This document shows positions 1 through 14,523 of a stretch of 64,000 nt of DNA, in pieces. Under the pieces are notes generated by a model. The model saw nothing but the letters and a program-made list of their open reading frames with translations, ran no database searches and was not told where the DNA came from. The stretch lies in assembly GCF_009914755.1 (NCBI RefSeq), contig NC_060934.1; one strand, written 5' to 3'. Origin of the DNA: the human T2T-CHM13v2.0 reference genome, Homo sapiens. Position numbers and translations under genes: made by a program. Position 1 is the stretch's first letter; each line of letters opens with the position of its first letter.

Positions 1-872
1 CCTGAATACCACCTGCTGCTATGATCTTCAAATAGCTACACTTAAGACACTTGTGAATCAGAGAAGTCTTTATCCTTTTGAATTTCAGGATCAAATCTGG
101 GGGTGTTCAGTTCAACAACTCTTTTCCTGCATCATTTTCTCACAGTGGCTTGAAGGCAGACGTGATGGGGCCCCGGCAATGACATGCAAGGATTCAATTC
201 TAAATAAGGTGCTTTGTTGAGATTGTTCTTAACTAAACATTCTCCCAAAGTGCCAGGCAACTAGAGGCGACTTATTAGACATCAATAGAGATTAAAGTTA
301 ACTAACTAGCAGGTCTCTAGTTTTAGTGATTCAGGTCAGGAGGCTGAATACCAACAGAGTGCATCTGGCAGCCTGTTGAGAAAACAAATCAATCCTTTCC
401 TCCTCATGCACATATCGGCTATCCATGGATCCATGGCATTGCAGATGCAGAAGAATTCTTAGATGGGCCCAGTAAACCTGGTCTGCAGAGGTCTGACTTA
501 TTTGAAATACCTCTCAAACCTTCTTGGACGTGGCTCACCCTTCACCATGAGAGCTGCAAATGCTTATCTATTTGATTCTGGTTCAAAAGTTGGTAACGTG
601 GCAATTCGCCAGGTCAGTTCCAGGTAGAGATTATGACATGTGCTGTATGGTTTATAATCTTAGTTTCTAAATTACTCTGGTGGCTTCTGAGATGACAGCG
701 ACTATGCTAATTTGAGTCATTTATCCACAAAGAAAAAATATATATATACATACATGATATTGGGGACCCTTTAGGATTTTATATCCACAGTGTAGAAACA
801 GTTACCCTGGAGACCTCCAAACTCTTCCCTGGGGAAAAAACCGCTTTGGCTACATTCTTGTAAGCCATGGTT

Positions 873-918
873 TATTAGTATCTGCATGAAACAGCAAGGT
901 TTCATGCAGATACTAATA
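873..918. repeat. Perfect inverted repeat, 20-bp arms, 6-nt loop
   Basis: tattagtatctgcatgaaac-agcaag-gtttcatgcagatactaata; the arms are exact reverse complements. Confidence 0.97.
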
Positions 919-1104
919 TTTTCTCCTTCTTAAAAAGATAAAATGTTTCAGTTCAGATTAAGATTTATTGAGAAAAAAATGACAGGAATTAAGGTCATAC
1001 TTTCAAAAGCAAGTGAATTTTGGTGCTTTCACTTTGCCCTTGTCATGCTATGGAAGTGATCCCAGGTTTTCTTGTGTATTTCGACAAAACATGGGGACAT
1101 TCCA

Positions 1105-1290
1105 TGGGGCGATGGACAAGAACTGGATGGAGCCCCAGGAGACCTGAATCCCAGTCCTGAGATTCACTCACCCGCTGTGTAAACTTGGGTGGCCTCTCAA
1201 CATTTCTGGTTCTCAAATTCTGCGCATGACAAATGTGAGTTGGACTTTAGAATTTGAAAACTAAAATCTCTTCCAATTTAAAGATTCTGT
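1105..1290 (+). mobile_element. MIR SINE fragment
   Basis: Degenerate MIR core: gagacctgaatcccagtcct…gctgtgtaaacttggg…tcttccaatttaaagattctgt. Confidence 0.6.
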
Positions 1291-1438
1291 AACTTCATAT
1301 TTTGTCCACTATACACCAAAATTTGTTTTAATATTTTCCTTATTCACTGTTGTTTCAGTTTACCATAGTTGAAGAAGCACTTTCTCGCAAAAGGACAATG
1401 GCAGAAAAGGGGTTAAGAAAGTCCATGGTGAATACACG

Positions 1439-2102
<664 letters not shown>

Positions 2103-4099
2103 ACACAGGAGATGAGCAGGAGTGAGGCCAACAGCCCTGGGTGCCTAGGAGTAAGTGGCACTCACACAGGCATTTGGAGTTAGTGAACATGAGCTCTCCT
2201 CTTTACTTGTAAGAACAGGAGTAACTTGTATAGCTATAAGGAATGCCACCATTTAGTTGCCAAGGACAATAAGGACAGAGAATAATAACAGTCAAGATAC
2301 TCTCTTTGGAATTATTATTAAATGCACAAACTCTCAATCACATAACATATATCAAGTGACCAAGTCTGCCCTCAGTAAATGGCACCCACCCCCGTCCCCC
2401 GTCCCCCTTGCACTGAGACCCATAGGAAACAGCAGCAGCTTCTTCCAGCATCTGGGCCTGAAGACCAAGGGAAGGATGGGAACAGAGATCAGTGGGGAGG
2501 CTTGAGTTTCCTAGAGAAATCTCTTTAGGCGATTGGAAATAAATGTAGGGCTGGTGGCCCAAAGTTTCAGCATCTGGGAAGAGACATGTAGAAGGAAAAG
2601 AGGGGCTCTTAGGAGGAGAATTAGGGCGGTCCAACATGGCTCCAGGAAGGCAGGAAGAAGCGGGGCTGGCCTTGTTGACTGTCAGGCAAAGATGACCCTG
2701 GAGCAATGCAACCCGGGGACTCTGGAATGGCCTAAATGTCTCTTAGAACTGTGACCTCACACCGGAAACCTCAAGGCCATTCTGGTTGCATTAAACTATG
2801 ATTAGTGTAATTTATGTGTTTTCAGGAAACTTGAAATTGCTGCATCCTGAAAGAAGTACTGTATCTTCAAAAGAATAATGATCCATGAATTCTATAATAT
2901 CATTAAAGGGCTTTTGAGGGAAAAACATTCATGACCTGTGCTTTTGTGTGTGTGTGTATACATATATATATGTTTTCATAAATGAATTATATTAATGATT
3001 TTTATGCAGTTGATGCTGTTTTGAGCAGGACCTCAATCTTGCCCAGTGGGGTGACAGAGACCCAGTGTGGACATTTTGAGGACAGTGGCTTCCTGCCTGT
3101 TTGAGAAGCTGTGAGCAGGATAGAGTCACATGGGAGGGCCACAACTGGGCCTATTTGGTTAATGGCAGTGACATGGAAAAGAAGCTGAGAGTCTTTGAGA
3201 CCTTTGGATGAAAATTAAAAAGCAGTGGATGCCGTATTGGATGTGGGAAGTCAAGAAGACAAAGAACAAAAGAAGACTTCAAGTCTGAAGAATGGGCTTG
3301 GAGAGCAGGATAGGAAGCTTTGCTACATCTGAGACTAACAGATACGTAGGGAGCTGAGTTCCTTTGGAAGGAACACAAAGAATTCTTCATGAGTTAGTGA
3401 CAAATCTCTCTTTTCTCCTTCAACTGTCTTCAGATCTCTAAGAAAACTGAAAATAAAAGGCTATTCCTAGCCCCTTTTCTGACACCTTTGTCTTTGATAG
3501 TGCCACATACAGGTAAGCAAGCAGGTGTACATATGTGTGTGTACATATACAGACACGTATAATATGACTTCTATAACAAGTCAAACAGTTTTCATCACTA
3601 AAAATATGTACATCCATCCTCTGTTTATGCTGATATCATATGTATACTATTATCTATACGAAAGGTGTTCTAAGTACTTATGTGCTTAGATGAATTTCTG
3701 AAAGTTCTCTCCATCTATTCCCTATTTATGTGGTGTCAGAGCCAAATATCTTTGAAATGTAAAGAAGTTGTCGCAACGTTTCCTGGATCCCCAACAACTC
3801 CCCTTTACATTTTTCTCAGTTATCATGAACCCAGAAGACCGAAGGCTTTTGAAATTGATGTAGTTAGTTTTTTTTCTATCGAAACAAGCTTTTTCTTCTG
3901 TATTCCAAGACAATACATTCAAATCTTGATCCTCTTTCCCTGGATTGGTTTTCTATACATTAATGCCAACTTAAAAATGTAAATAATAGGAAGGCTGAAT
4001 TTCACACACAAAAGGAATTTATAGGCAGTTGCTAAAAACAGTGGCAACCAGATAAAGTTACATGTTTGTTAATTTGTTTATTACTTTTAAATTATTTTT

Positions 4100-4267
4100 A
4101 CATTTATATTTAGAGACAGGGTCTTGCTCTGTCACCCAGACTGGAGTGCAGCGGCACGATCAAGGCTCAACTGCAGCCTCCAACTCCTGGGCTCAGGCAG
4201 CCCTCCCACCTCAACCTCCTAAGTAGCTGGAACTGATCACATGCATGCGCCACCATGGCTGGCTAAT
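4100..4267 (-). mobile_element. FRAM / AluJ right monomer
   Basis: Single monomer gagacagggtcttgctctgtcaccca…ccaccatggctggctaat. Confidence 0.8.
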
Positions 4268-4377
4268 GCATTTTTAATGAAAGAAATCAGACTTCAAGGA
4301 TAGATCAAACTTATTTTTGAAGAAGACAGATAAGAATAAATGCTTTTTAAAAAGCTAATGGAGTGTATACCTTATAA

Positions 4378-4902
4378 CTGAGGTCCCCAACCCTCGGACT
4401 GCAGACTGGTACCAGTTTGTGGTCTGTTAGGAACTTAGCCACACAGCAGGAGGCGAGTGGCAGGCGAGCAAAGTGTTGTCTGTATTTACAGCCACTCCCC
4501 ATCACTGGCACTACCACCTGAACTCCTCCTCCTGTCAGATCAGCAGCAGCACTAGATTCTCATAGGAGCGCAAACCCTATTGTGAACTGTGTGTGCAAGA
4601 AATCCAGGTTGCGCACTCCTTATACGAGAATCTAATGCCTGAGGATCTGTCACTGTCTCCCATCACCTGTATATGGGACCGTCTGGTTGCAGAAAAACAA
4701 GCTAAGGGCTCCCACTGATTCTACCTTATGGTGAGTTGTATAATTATTTCATTATATATTACAAAGTAATGATGATAGGAATAAAGTGCACAATAAATGT
4801 AATGCACTTGAATTATTCTGAAACCATCCCCCAAACCCTGTCAGTAGAAAAATTTTCTTCCATGAAGCTGGTCCCTGATGCCAAAAAGGTTGGAGACTGC
4901 TG
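4378..4902 (+). mobile_element. MER1A (hAT-Charlie non-autonomous DNA transposon), full length
   Basis: ctgaggtccccaacc…ttagattctcataggagcgcaaaccctattgtgaactg-type core…aaaaaggttggagactgctg; perfect 8-bp TSD ccttataa (4370-4377, 4903-4910). Confidence 0.92.
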
Positions 4903-5129
4903 CCTTATAACACTGGCCAACACTTCAGATGGGTACAATTTTGATTGCTGAAATACATTTTTTTTTTCAATTTTAAATACACTTCCTCCATACAATGGGT
5001 AATTTACCTTTATTTAAAGTACTTCCCTACATTTTTATAATGAGGATATATGTTTTACAAAAGGATAAAAGCATTACTTCTGACTTCCTTTTCACTTTGT
5101 CTTTCGTGAAATCAAACAATGTTAAATAA

Positions 5130-5428
<299 letters not shown>

Positions 5429-5476
5429 TAAATGAACTCTTAGTCATTCTTGTTCTACCGTAAGCTGTTCACTCAC

Positions 5477-5658
5477 CTCTCTTGAAAATTTCATAACGTA
5501 TGGAAAATCCTGCACCATGTGTTTCGTAGTCAGAGACAAATTTGATAAAAAGAAATGGCCCTGAAGACACAACAGGAGGAGGGGCTATCTTTCCACAGAA
5601 CTTTCCCCTAAAATGTCCATTTTCATTTTCTCCATCGAAGACTTCCACGTAGTCATAC
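5477..5658 (-). CDS. NRP1: Neuropilin-1 internal coding exon (exon 3; C-terminal half of CUB1/a1 domain)
   Basis: ORF 5469..5669 contains YDYVEVFDGENENGHFRGKFCGKIAPPPVVSSGPFLFIKFVSDYETHGAGFSIRYEIFKRG, recognised as the human NRP1 CUB domain. Sense-strand acceptor ttttcttccatgtttgtgtattag|G at 5659/5658 and donor AGAG|gtgagt at 5477/5476; 182 bp, phase 2 to phase 1. Exon number comes from recalled gene structure. Confidence 0.97.
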
Positions 5659-5690
5659 CTAATACACAAACATGGAAGAAAACATTAGGT
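5659..5690 (-). promoter_or_regulatory. 3' splice signal: branch point and polypyrimidine tract
   Basis: Sense strand aCCTAATgttttcttccatgtttgtgtattag; yUnAy branch A at 5685 (-27), with no intervening AG. Confidence 0.7.
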
Positions 5691-7284
5691 TGGTGAGAAA
5701 TGCCCTTTTAATTTCAATAATTTAGACACCAGCATCATCCAGCATAGTGTGCCAGGAAGAAAAAAAAGTTCTATCTGCATTCATCACTGCATTAAATGGA
5801 GGGAAAAAAAAGTCTAGCAAAATGAAATAATTAAAATGGACTACATCATGTCTGTATACATCTGGCAACACACAACTATTAAGAATAATGGTGTCCATTA
5901 TACTTGCAGACAATGTCAGTTAAAGTAACCAATTAAAAAGAAAAAGAAAAATCTCATGAGCACAATCCTCTATTATTAAATTGTGTTCCTTTGTCTATGG
6001 TGGTGGGGTGTCAATACATAATGCTATGCATTCTTTTCAAACTGTGAAGTTCTTTTATGAATTCAAAATGTCTCCTTGGCTGGAGCTCTCTATGAACAAT
6101 ACTTTGATTTCTGTGAGCGACCCTCTAAACATATGGCCACAGAATAATAAACAGATTCTTTACTATTTAACTGCATTCCACCAAACTCCAGACTTCTTTG
6201 AAAATAGTCTCTCAGTAGCCACATCCAATAGTTAAAACACAGATTATCTTCCCCCAAATGACACTTGGATTCTAGAGCATAATTTCTCCCAAGAAAAAGT
6301 TTAGTTAAAAATGGAAAATAACTTTGTTTATACCCACTAGTCTGAATATTTAAAGGAATATCATTGTTTGAGTCTTTAAAGAAATCTCGTTGTTTGAGAA
6401 AGAAACGCTTGATACCACAAAAGTGATGAGATTTAAAATTCAGGCTTAATAATGACACTAAGGATACAAATCGTAAGGAAAGTGACAATAAAATATTACT
6501 AAAAAGTTAACACAAAGATAAGAGATAGTTGGATCTTATTTATCTTTAAAATGTACAAAGCCATCACCAATACACTAGTGTCCCCTAGGAAAATAAGAAA
6601 GCTTTTGTCTATTTGGTGTTATGTATTTCTTAGGAGCTTGCTCTTTCTTCTCTTTTTATTTACCAAGTCACCTAGGAGCAAGAGAATCTGATTCATCTTC
6701 CATTTTTCTTCTTGAAATGACATGAAAACATTACAAGGCATTCATTTCCAACCTTTGTTTTATTTCTGTACTTAACTTGGTTCAAAAGTCCTGGGATATA
6801 TTAATTTCAGGAATGGCTAAAATATGGCAGTAACATAAACTGTATCTGGCAATTTAAAAGAGATCAAAGTGGGGGAAATCTTCATGATGCCCAATGTCAT
6901 CTTTAACAATCTCTTCTCAAACTGCCCGGGACGCATGACTTATGTTTACATAAAGTCTCAGGAGACAACTGCAACGATGCTATCACTAGTAAAAGTGGAC
7001 AGCTTAAGGCTCTCTAAATTAAAAATGACATTACCTCATCAGTTAAAACTGTGTGCCAGCTTTGTGTATATCAAGAAGAAAATAAAGCTGACATTGATGG
7101 AACTAAGCATTAACATATGTGAATTATTGTATTAACTGCATTTCCTCTGCTACATATGATGCTTCCAGTAGTAGATACTTGGCCTGCTAACACCACCGTC
7201 CCTTTGCAAAACTGTGGAAATACACAGAGGTATTGTTCATTTCTCCATACTTTGGGAAATGCTTTGCATGTTAAAAGAAGACAA

Positions 7285-7345
7285 AAGTGAAGGAGGAGGA
7301 GGAGAAAGAGGAGGAGGAGGGGAGGCAAGGAGGAAAAGGAGGAGG
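7285..7345. repeat. (GGA)n / GA-rich simple repeat
   Basis: aggaggaggaggagaaagaggaggaggagg…gaggaagaag. Confidence 0.9.
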
Positions 7346-10103
7346 AGGAGGAGGAAGAAGAAAGCATTATGTTTAAAATCCTAACTAGCCTTTATAATCA
7401 ATGGGATGTAGCTGGAAAGAACACCATCTCTGTATTCATTAAAGCCCCACAAGCTAGCATTTATGGAGTAATTCCTTTTATCTCTACTGCTTCATTGACA
7501 AGGCAGGTTTGCATGTTTCGCCCCACGCTTTCTTATAATTTAACTGTGATTTGAACTGTTGACTGTGTTTGGCCTGGCGACGGTGCATCCAGCTCTGCAA
7601 TATAGGCTTTTTACTTGAATCCTGACATGGTCTGAATACTAAGTGGCCAAATTCTAGCTCACGTTGCCTTCCAAGCACAAATAAGAGAGGTGGGTGAGGC
7701 ATTCTGAAAAACTAAGGCATTTCTGTTGAGGATACGTTCCTCTCAGGTAGCAGAGAACTCAGCTAATATAGTGCCGGTGGATTGCAACAGGGAAAGAAGC
7801 TGGTATTTTAATTCACATATCCTCCAATAGTAAATACTAGGCGCTCCTCTTGGCAAAAGTAGAAGCTATTTTTAAAAGTATGTGTGGGGTGGTGAGTGGG
7901 GGGTGGGGGGTGGGATTAGAATCCCTTCCCAGCAAGAAATAAGTCATTGCACAGTTAAGTGCCAATTTTAGGAAATTGAATTATTCAGGAATACTATAGT
8001 TACATTTGTAAACTGGAAGGCTGCTATCGTTTTAGCACTTCCCTTCAAAGTACTATCCAACAGGGCCCCAAATAGTATCGCAAATAGCAGCTCCTGTAAA
8101 TATTCAGGAGGGTGTACTGCGCACAAGTTGCAGAGGGGAGTATTGCCAAAGAAGTTAAGGAAGCAGCTTGAGTCTCCCTCTGGAGTTGATACCAGCTCCA
8201 CTCGTTAAGTTTCGCACTGGCAAGCGTGCTGCCAGGAATGCAGCTGGTGTGCCAGCATCCCTCCCTAGAGACTAAACGTGTCACCACTGCAACGCACCCA
8301 GCCTGCATTGGCCTGAAGCCCAGGATCCTGAGTTTGCAAATTTCGATCCCGAAGCCGGCTGCAGATTGCTCTGTTACTGTTGCCAGTGTGGCAAACACGG
8401 CATTGCTCGGGATGTCGAGATCCCCAGTCACGACAGCACAGCAGCCCGGCAAAGGTGAGAATGAAGGCACCTGTTTGGCTCTCATTCACTCCCTGTGTTC
8501 CAGCCGCTGGATGAGAGCTGGGAATTACGTCTGAGGAATTTAATTCATAAAAGCTAGAGGAGGGGTCAGAGAGTTGACCCCTCTGTCTGTCTGGGTCCCT
8601 GCTCTGGAAAAAGAAAGCTCCAGTTCACAAGGAGGCTATGAATGGGTCCAAAGGGCACCACCGTTCTATGCAGGGTCTTTTTCTCTCTGCTCACATACAG
8701 ACGGGGCTCCCATCTGGGGAAGGTCCCTCCCCAGACCTCACCCTCCCCACTTACCACCCTCGGAATGTAAACATGATGTGGATTTTTTAAATATTCAGAG
8801 AAGGACCAACCCCTCCCTCCTCATTTAGGCATCTTCCCATTATTTTTCTTAAATTTTCTACCTTAAACCTTCCCCATTCTATAGTAACAGTGGTAAAGTG
8901 GGTAAACATTTATTGCCAAGGAACTCAAAGATAAATCTCTGCCTAAACCCTTTTGCAATTAAAAGGTACTTTGCCACAGTTTCAACGTTAGGGTGTAATC
9001 CGCCAGGTGGTTGTTTTCATGAGTGTCCCTGGCTTTAGAATCCACGCTCCTCAAGCTAAAAGCCTATTGGCTCCATTATTTCCCCAGACTCCTCATCCTA
9101 TCTACGTAGATGCAGGTGGTGAAACATTTTGAGTCCTAACAGTAATCACAGGTTAGGTTTCCCAGAAGAGTGCTCAAAGAATAAAGATTTCTTTCTAAGA
9201 ATTCTTAAGAGCATTACCTAGAGATTATTTTTTTTCTTTGGGAAAGTTTGAATTATGGGTTTAGGAAAATGGCCAAGTAAGGGGAAAGTGATGGGAAGGT
9301 GAGAAATGTATTCAGTCACTGAATAGCGGTTTCTGAGGCTTTATAGGTATGTGGTGCTGAACAGATGAATAGTGACTTTGCCTAAGTCAGGTTTTCTCTG
9401 GTGAGTACAAGTGACCCCTGACTCTCTACAGTGGAGATGGTTAATGGAAAGGAAGCTAATCCTCCACAGGGTGTTGTCTGACACTGTGAGCTACTGCACC
9501 AACCCCCCAGGCTTCCGGACATTCTCACATTATTAGGAAGGGGGATTTGAGGTGGTGGTGTCTTTTTAATCTCCTTCCAAGAGGACCTCCCCCCACTGGC
9601 ATAGTACATTAATAATGGAGAAATATGATGCCTGACATCATAAGCTGGAGTGAGAAATGATGTTGGCGAACACAATTTTCACCAGCAAAAATGTGTTTCT
9701 GTGGCTCTTTGGTTTATTTTGCACGAGCATTAATAGCTATTCAAACTGAACAACCTGTAAACGATCGCTGTGCTGCCGTCCAAGAATTAACTTACGTATC
9801 CCACAAAAGAGAACAGATTTTTCTTCCAGAGTATTAGAAACAGGATTTGGAAATAAAAATATACAATGGTGGAGCTAGGAGGAGCCAATTAGTCTGCATC
9901 TATGTTTCTGAGTGTTTTTACACTAGAGTCGTCCCCTAATAGTTCTGGCTTGCAATGTTCTAATCATGATGTATGAAAAGTCTTAAAAGAGTCATAGCCT
10001 CTTATTTAACAAAAGCATTTTTTAGAAATCTGTTCTAAGCGAACAACCCAAAATAATGTCAAATACCATGGAATATTATTCAGCCACTAAAAAGTGTGTT
10101 CAG

Positions 10104-10740
<637 letters not shown>

Positions 10741-11010
10741 CTCAACAAAAGTTTCTTAAATAACAGGAAAAATGCTTATGATATAATCAGTGAAAAATCA
10801 GAATATAAAACCCTATATACAGTGTATTCTCAACTCTTATTCATATGCAGAAAAAATCTAGACGGAACTAACTAGGCCAAGCCATTAATTGGTTATCTCT
10901 GGGTAGTGACATTATGTTCCTTATTCATTTCTGTATTTTTCAAAATTTTTACAATGGACAAGTAGTCCTTTATAATCAGGTAAAAGTTATTTTGAAAAGC
11001 ACTAACTACC
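10741..11010 (+). mobile_element. Old L1 (L1ME-like) 3' fragment
   Basis: AT-rich L1M 3'UTR-like text (aaatgcttatgatataatcagtgaaaaatcagaatataaaa…tggttatctctgggtag…ttctgtattttt). Confidence 0.5.
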
Positions 11011-11688
11011 TATATATAAATAAACAAATCAATACCTGTTTGCCTTATTTTCCATTTGTTGATAAAACAACAACAACAACAACACTATCTTGGAAGTGAA
11101 TCAAAGACGGGCTTTGCTTTTTTTTTCTTCCCCCACCCACTGGATCAATGAGATGCTCTGTGTGATATTTATTTTTAGGACCAGAAAGTTAAAGTGAATT
11201 GGATTTGATCCACTTTCTGAAAGGCTGGCAAGAATTCTTGACATTGCACAGGAATTTCCATGTCAGCATGTTCTCACATGTATGATCTAATTTAGTCTTT
11301 ACAATGATCCCAGGAAGGCAGGTAGCAGGCGATATCCTAGAAAGAGCCCTGAGCTGGGAGAGCACAGCATAAGAGACCCAGGAATGAGACACTTTTTATG
11401 CTTTTAATATTGCCTACTTCGGGGCAAGCTTGATTCTGATATCTGCACTTGTTACTCCCTTTCATATTTTTTGTGGGGGGATGGGTGTGTCCTTACTTTA
11501 GGATTAGCCATTAACTATCGGTGATTCATTTTTCCACTGGTTATTGTTGCTAGACAATCATCTCATCAACTAATACCTCACTGATTTTTCTGTGTGCTTA
11601 GAGCATCTTGGTGTGGACAAAGATTTATTGAAAGGACTACAAGAAATAAGACAAAATAAGCCCTGGATCAAAGACATATGTCCCATAA

Positions 11689-12012
<324 letters not shown>

Positions 12013-13946
12013 GCATGTGTGAGTGTATGTGACAGAGAGAGACAGACACAGACAGCCGTCTTGGTGTCTGGTGAGTCCCACTGAATGGGCTTCCTGCCAG
12101 AGCTGTCCTGGTCCTCCTGCTCGGGGACCTCATGACTACTGGAAACAAAGCCCAGCCTGCAAGACTGAGATGAAACAAGGTTGGCTCCTGGAGGGGGCTG
12201 CACGGTAGCTCTAATTTTGTTTCCTTTCTCACACCAGCACTGTGGGCCTGATCACGGGCAGCCCCAAGGAAGGCCTGACCACCACCAGCGCTGCCACCAG
12301 CGCTGCCACCAGCCTGAGTGGCAATGCCCAGCTTCCGAGGAGCTATGGGGCCTGAGCCTCAGGGCGTTGCCAGAGAATCCCTAGACCTTTCTATAAGAAA
12401 TAGAGAGGCTGGGCCACAACCTGGCTGCTGTCCTCCCAGCTCTTAGTATGTGGTCAAATGCCAAATTTCTATGAAAGTCATTCTAAATGTGTATAAAATA
12501 TAAAATTGCATGCTATGGAATATTAAATAAAGAATAATAATAAAGAATATTGCTTTATTATATTGTCCTAGTTTCCTTTGAAGTTTGTTTTTAAGTTTAT
12601 AAAGTATTCTTTCTTTTTTAAAAATATTTTTCCTATATATATTTTTCACACATATTTATTTATTCACTCATTCATTCATTCATTTATGTATCTGTCTTCC
12701 AATTTGCTCTCTGTGTATTATAAGCAGGATTGTGAGACATATGTCTTTGAGCCAGGGCTTATTTTTACTTTTTGTGACACTTCCTAAAACTCCGTTTTTC
12801 TTACTTCTTGTAGTCCTTTCAATACACCCCACAAATCTAACTTCTAAACCATAGCATTACTACTTCTATACTTTGCGATGTGTTTATGCATATTTGCATC
12901 AAGTAATACGTTGTCGACACTGTCAGGGTGTAAGGTGATTTTTTTTTTCTGTTGGGGCAAGCACTTACGACTTATTAGTAATCCCATTCATTTGGGTAGG
13001 AGAGGGATTATTTGGTAGCCTTTCCATTTCCCCACCATTGAACTCCTTCGCCAATCTTATAACCCAAACTCAGATTCCATGTATTACTACATGGGAGGAC
13101 TCAAGGTTTTTGCTGTCTGCATAGCTCCAAAATAAGCACAAGTTCCAAATTTCAGGGATTATCTCCTGGACTGCTTGGACACAAGCCACAGAGCTGGGAA
13201 GAACGTGGTGCTAAGGAGACCAGAGCAGCAATGTGACATCCATCAGTGGCTGCTGGATGTACTTAAGCTAAACCCTCTCTCCTGCAACCAACTTCACTGA
13301 CTGTAAATGGGACACCAAGTCCTCACCTCTCTTGCAGAAAAAAAAATAAAAATGTTTTCAGAAACATTTGTCTTTTCTTATGTCGTTGTCTTCCTCAAAA
13401 TCCCACATAGTGTTACCCTTGAGCTTGTCTAAAGGCTTCTAGGACATTCTCCTGCAAGAAATTATAATCGCATATAGTCCACCTAACATCTTACTCTGAT
13501 TCAGTTTAGGAAAGTTTTCTATATATATCATACTGAGATGACCAGTTCTCGAATAATCAAAGTACAGTAGAGCTCACAAAGCTAATCTCACACATTAAAA
13601 ATGTAACCTTTAAGCTTTTGTAATGTCTCAGGGGTCATAATAAAGACTATCAATAATTTTATTGTCACTAAGAAAACTGATGATTAATTGATGAGATAGG
13701 TAATCAGGTCAGGTACGAGAGTTTATAGTCCCAGGAAACAAGGTATTATGAAAATGAAGAAAAAACAAAATATCAAAGAAAAAATTTGTAAGAAACATTA
13801 AAAGAGATCCAAAATGGCTTTCACTGTAGTAATGCAAAGGAATAATAATTGATTGTGCATGGGAATATGAGAGCTGTCATGGGTGATGGTTAGTCAAGGC
13901 CGACTTGGAAGGGGAGAAACCAAGGCAATGTATGTCTAGCAGATAG

Positions 13947-14523
13947 TGTACTGCTGGTTTCCTATTGCAAAGTAACAAATTATCACCAACTTAGTGACTT
14001 GAAACAACACACAGTTCTTAGCTCACAGGTCTACAGGTCAGAAGTCTGGGATGACCTTGCTGGATTCTCTGCTCAGGGCATCACGGGGCAGAAATCGAGG
14101 TGTTGGCTGGGCTGCAGTCTCATCCGAAGCTGGGGATCCTCCTAGAAGCTCACACCACTGGCAGAGTTCAGGTTCTTGCAGCTGCAGGGCTGAAGCCTCT
14201 GCCCTCTTTCTGGCTGCCAGCTGGGGGTGCTCCCAGATCCTCTCCATCTTCAGAGCCAGCAATTGATAATCTCCCTAGCATCACATTCTTCCCACATTTC
14301 CACAGGCTTCTGGAAAAGCTCAGTCCCTTCACCAGATGAAGTCATCTCACCCAGGATAATCTCCCTTTCTTGAGGTTGACTCATGATTTCGTACCTTAAT
14401 TAAATCTGCCAAAGCCTTTTGCAGCGGCTCCTAGATTCGTGTTTGATTGAATAACTGGGAGACAGTGTGTGGATATGAGGGGCTGCGGATCTTGGGGACC
14501 CTCTTGGAATTCTGCCTACCACT
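13947..14523 (-). mobile_element. MLT1 (D/E-like) MaLR solo LTR
   Basis: gtaacaaattatcaccaacttagtgacttgaaacaacac…ggtcagaagtc…ccaggataatctccc…gaattctgcctacc. Confidence 0.8.

Noticed and set aside
423-436. 14-bp palindrome ccatggatccatgg
   Set aside because: Explained by an 8-bp tandem duplication of a self-complementary unit; too short to be notable.
5469-5669. 66-aa ORF as a stand-alone gene
   Set aside because: It is an internal NRP1 exon; the MCIR start and GE-stop lie at or beyond the AG/GT splice boundaries.
8045-8534. Overlapping 146-aa and 102-aa ORFs
   Set aside because: No recognisable domain or NRP1 peptide; explained by locally higher GC content. The region is reported as a regulatory candidate instead.
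11250-11260. NF-kB-like aGGAATTTCC
   Set aside because: Single imperfect motif, expected by chance; no supporting cluster.
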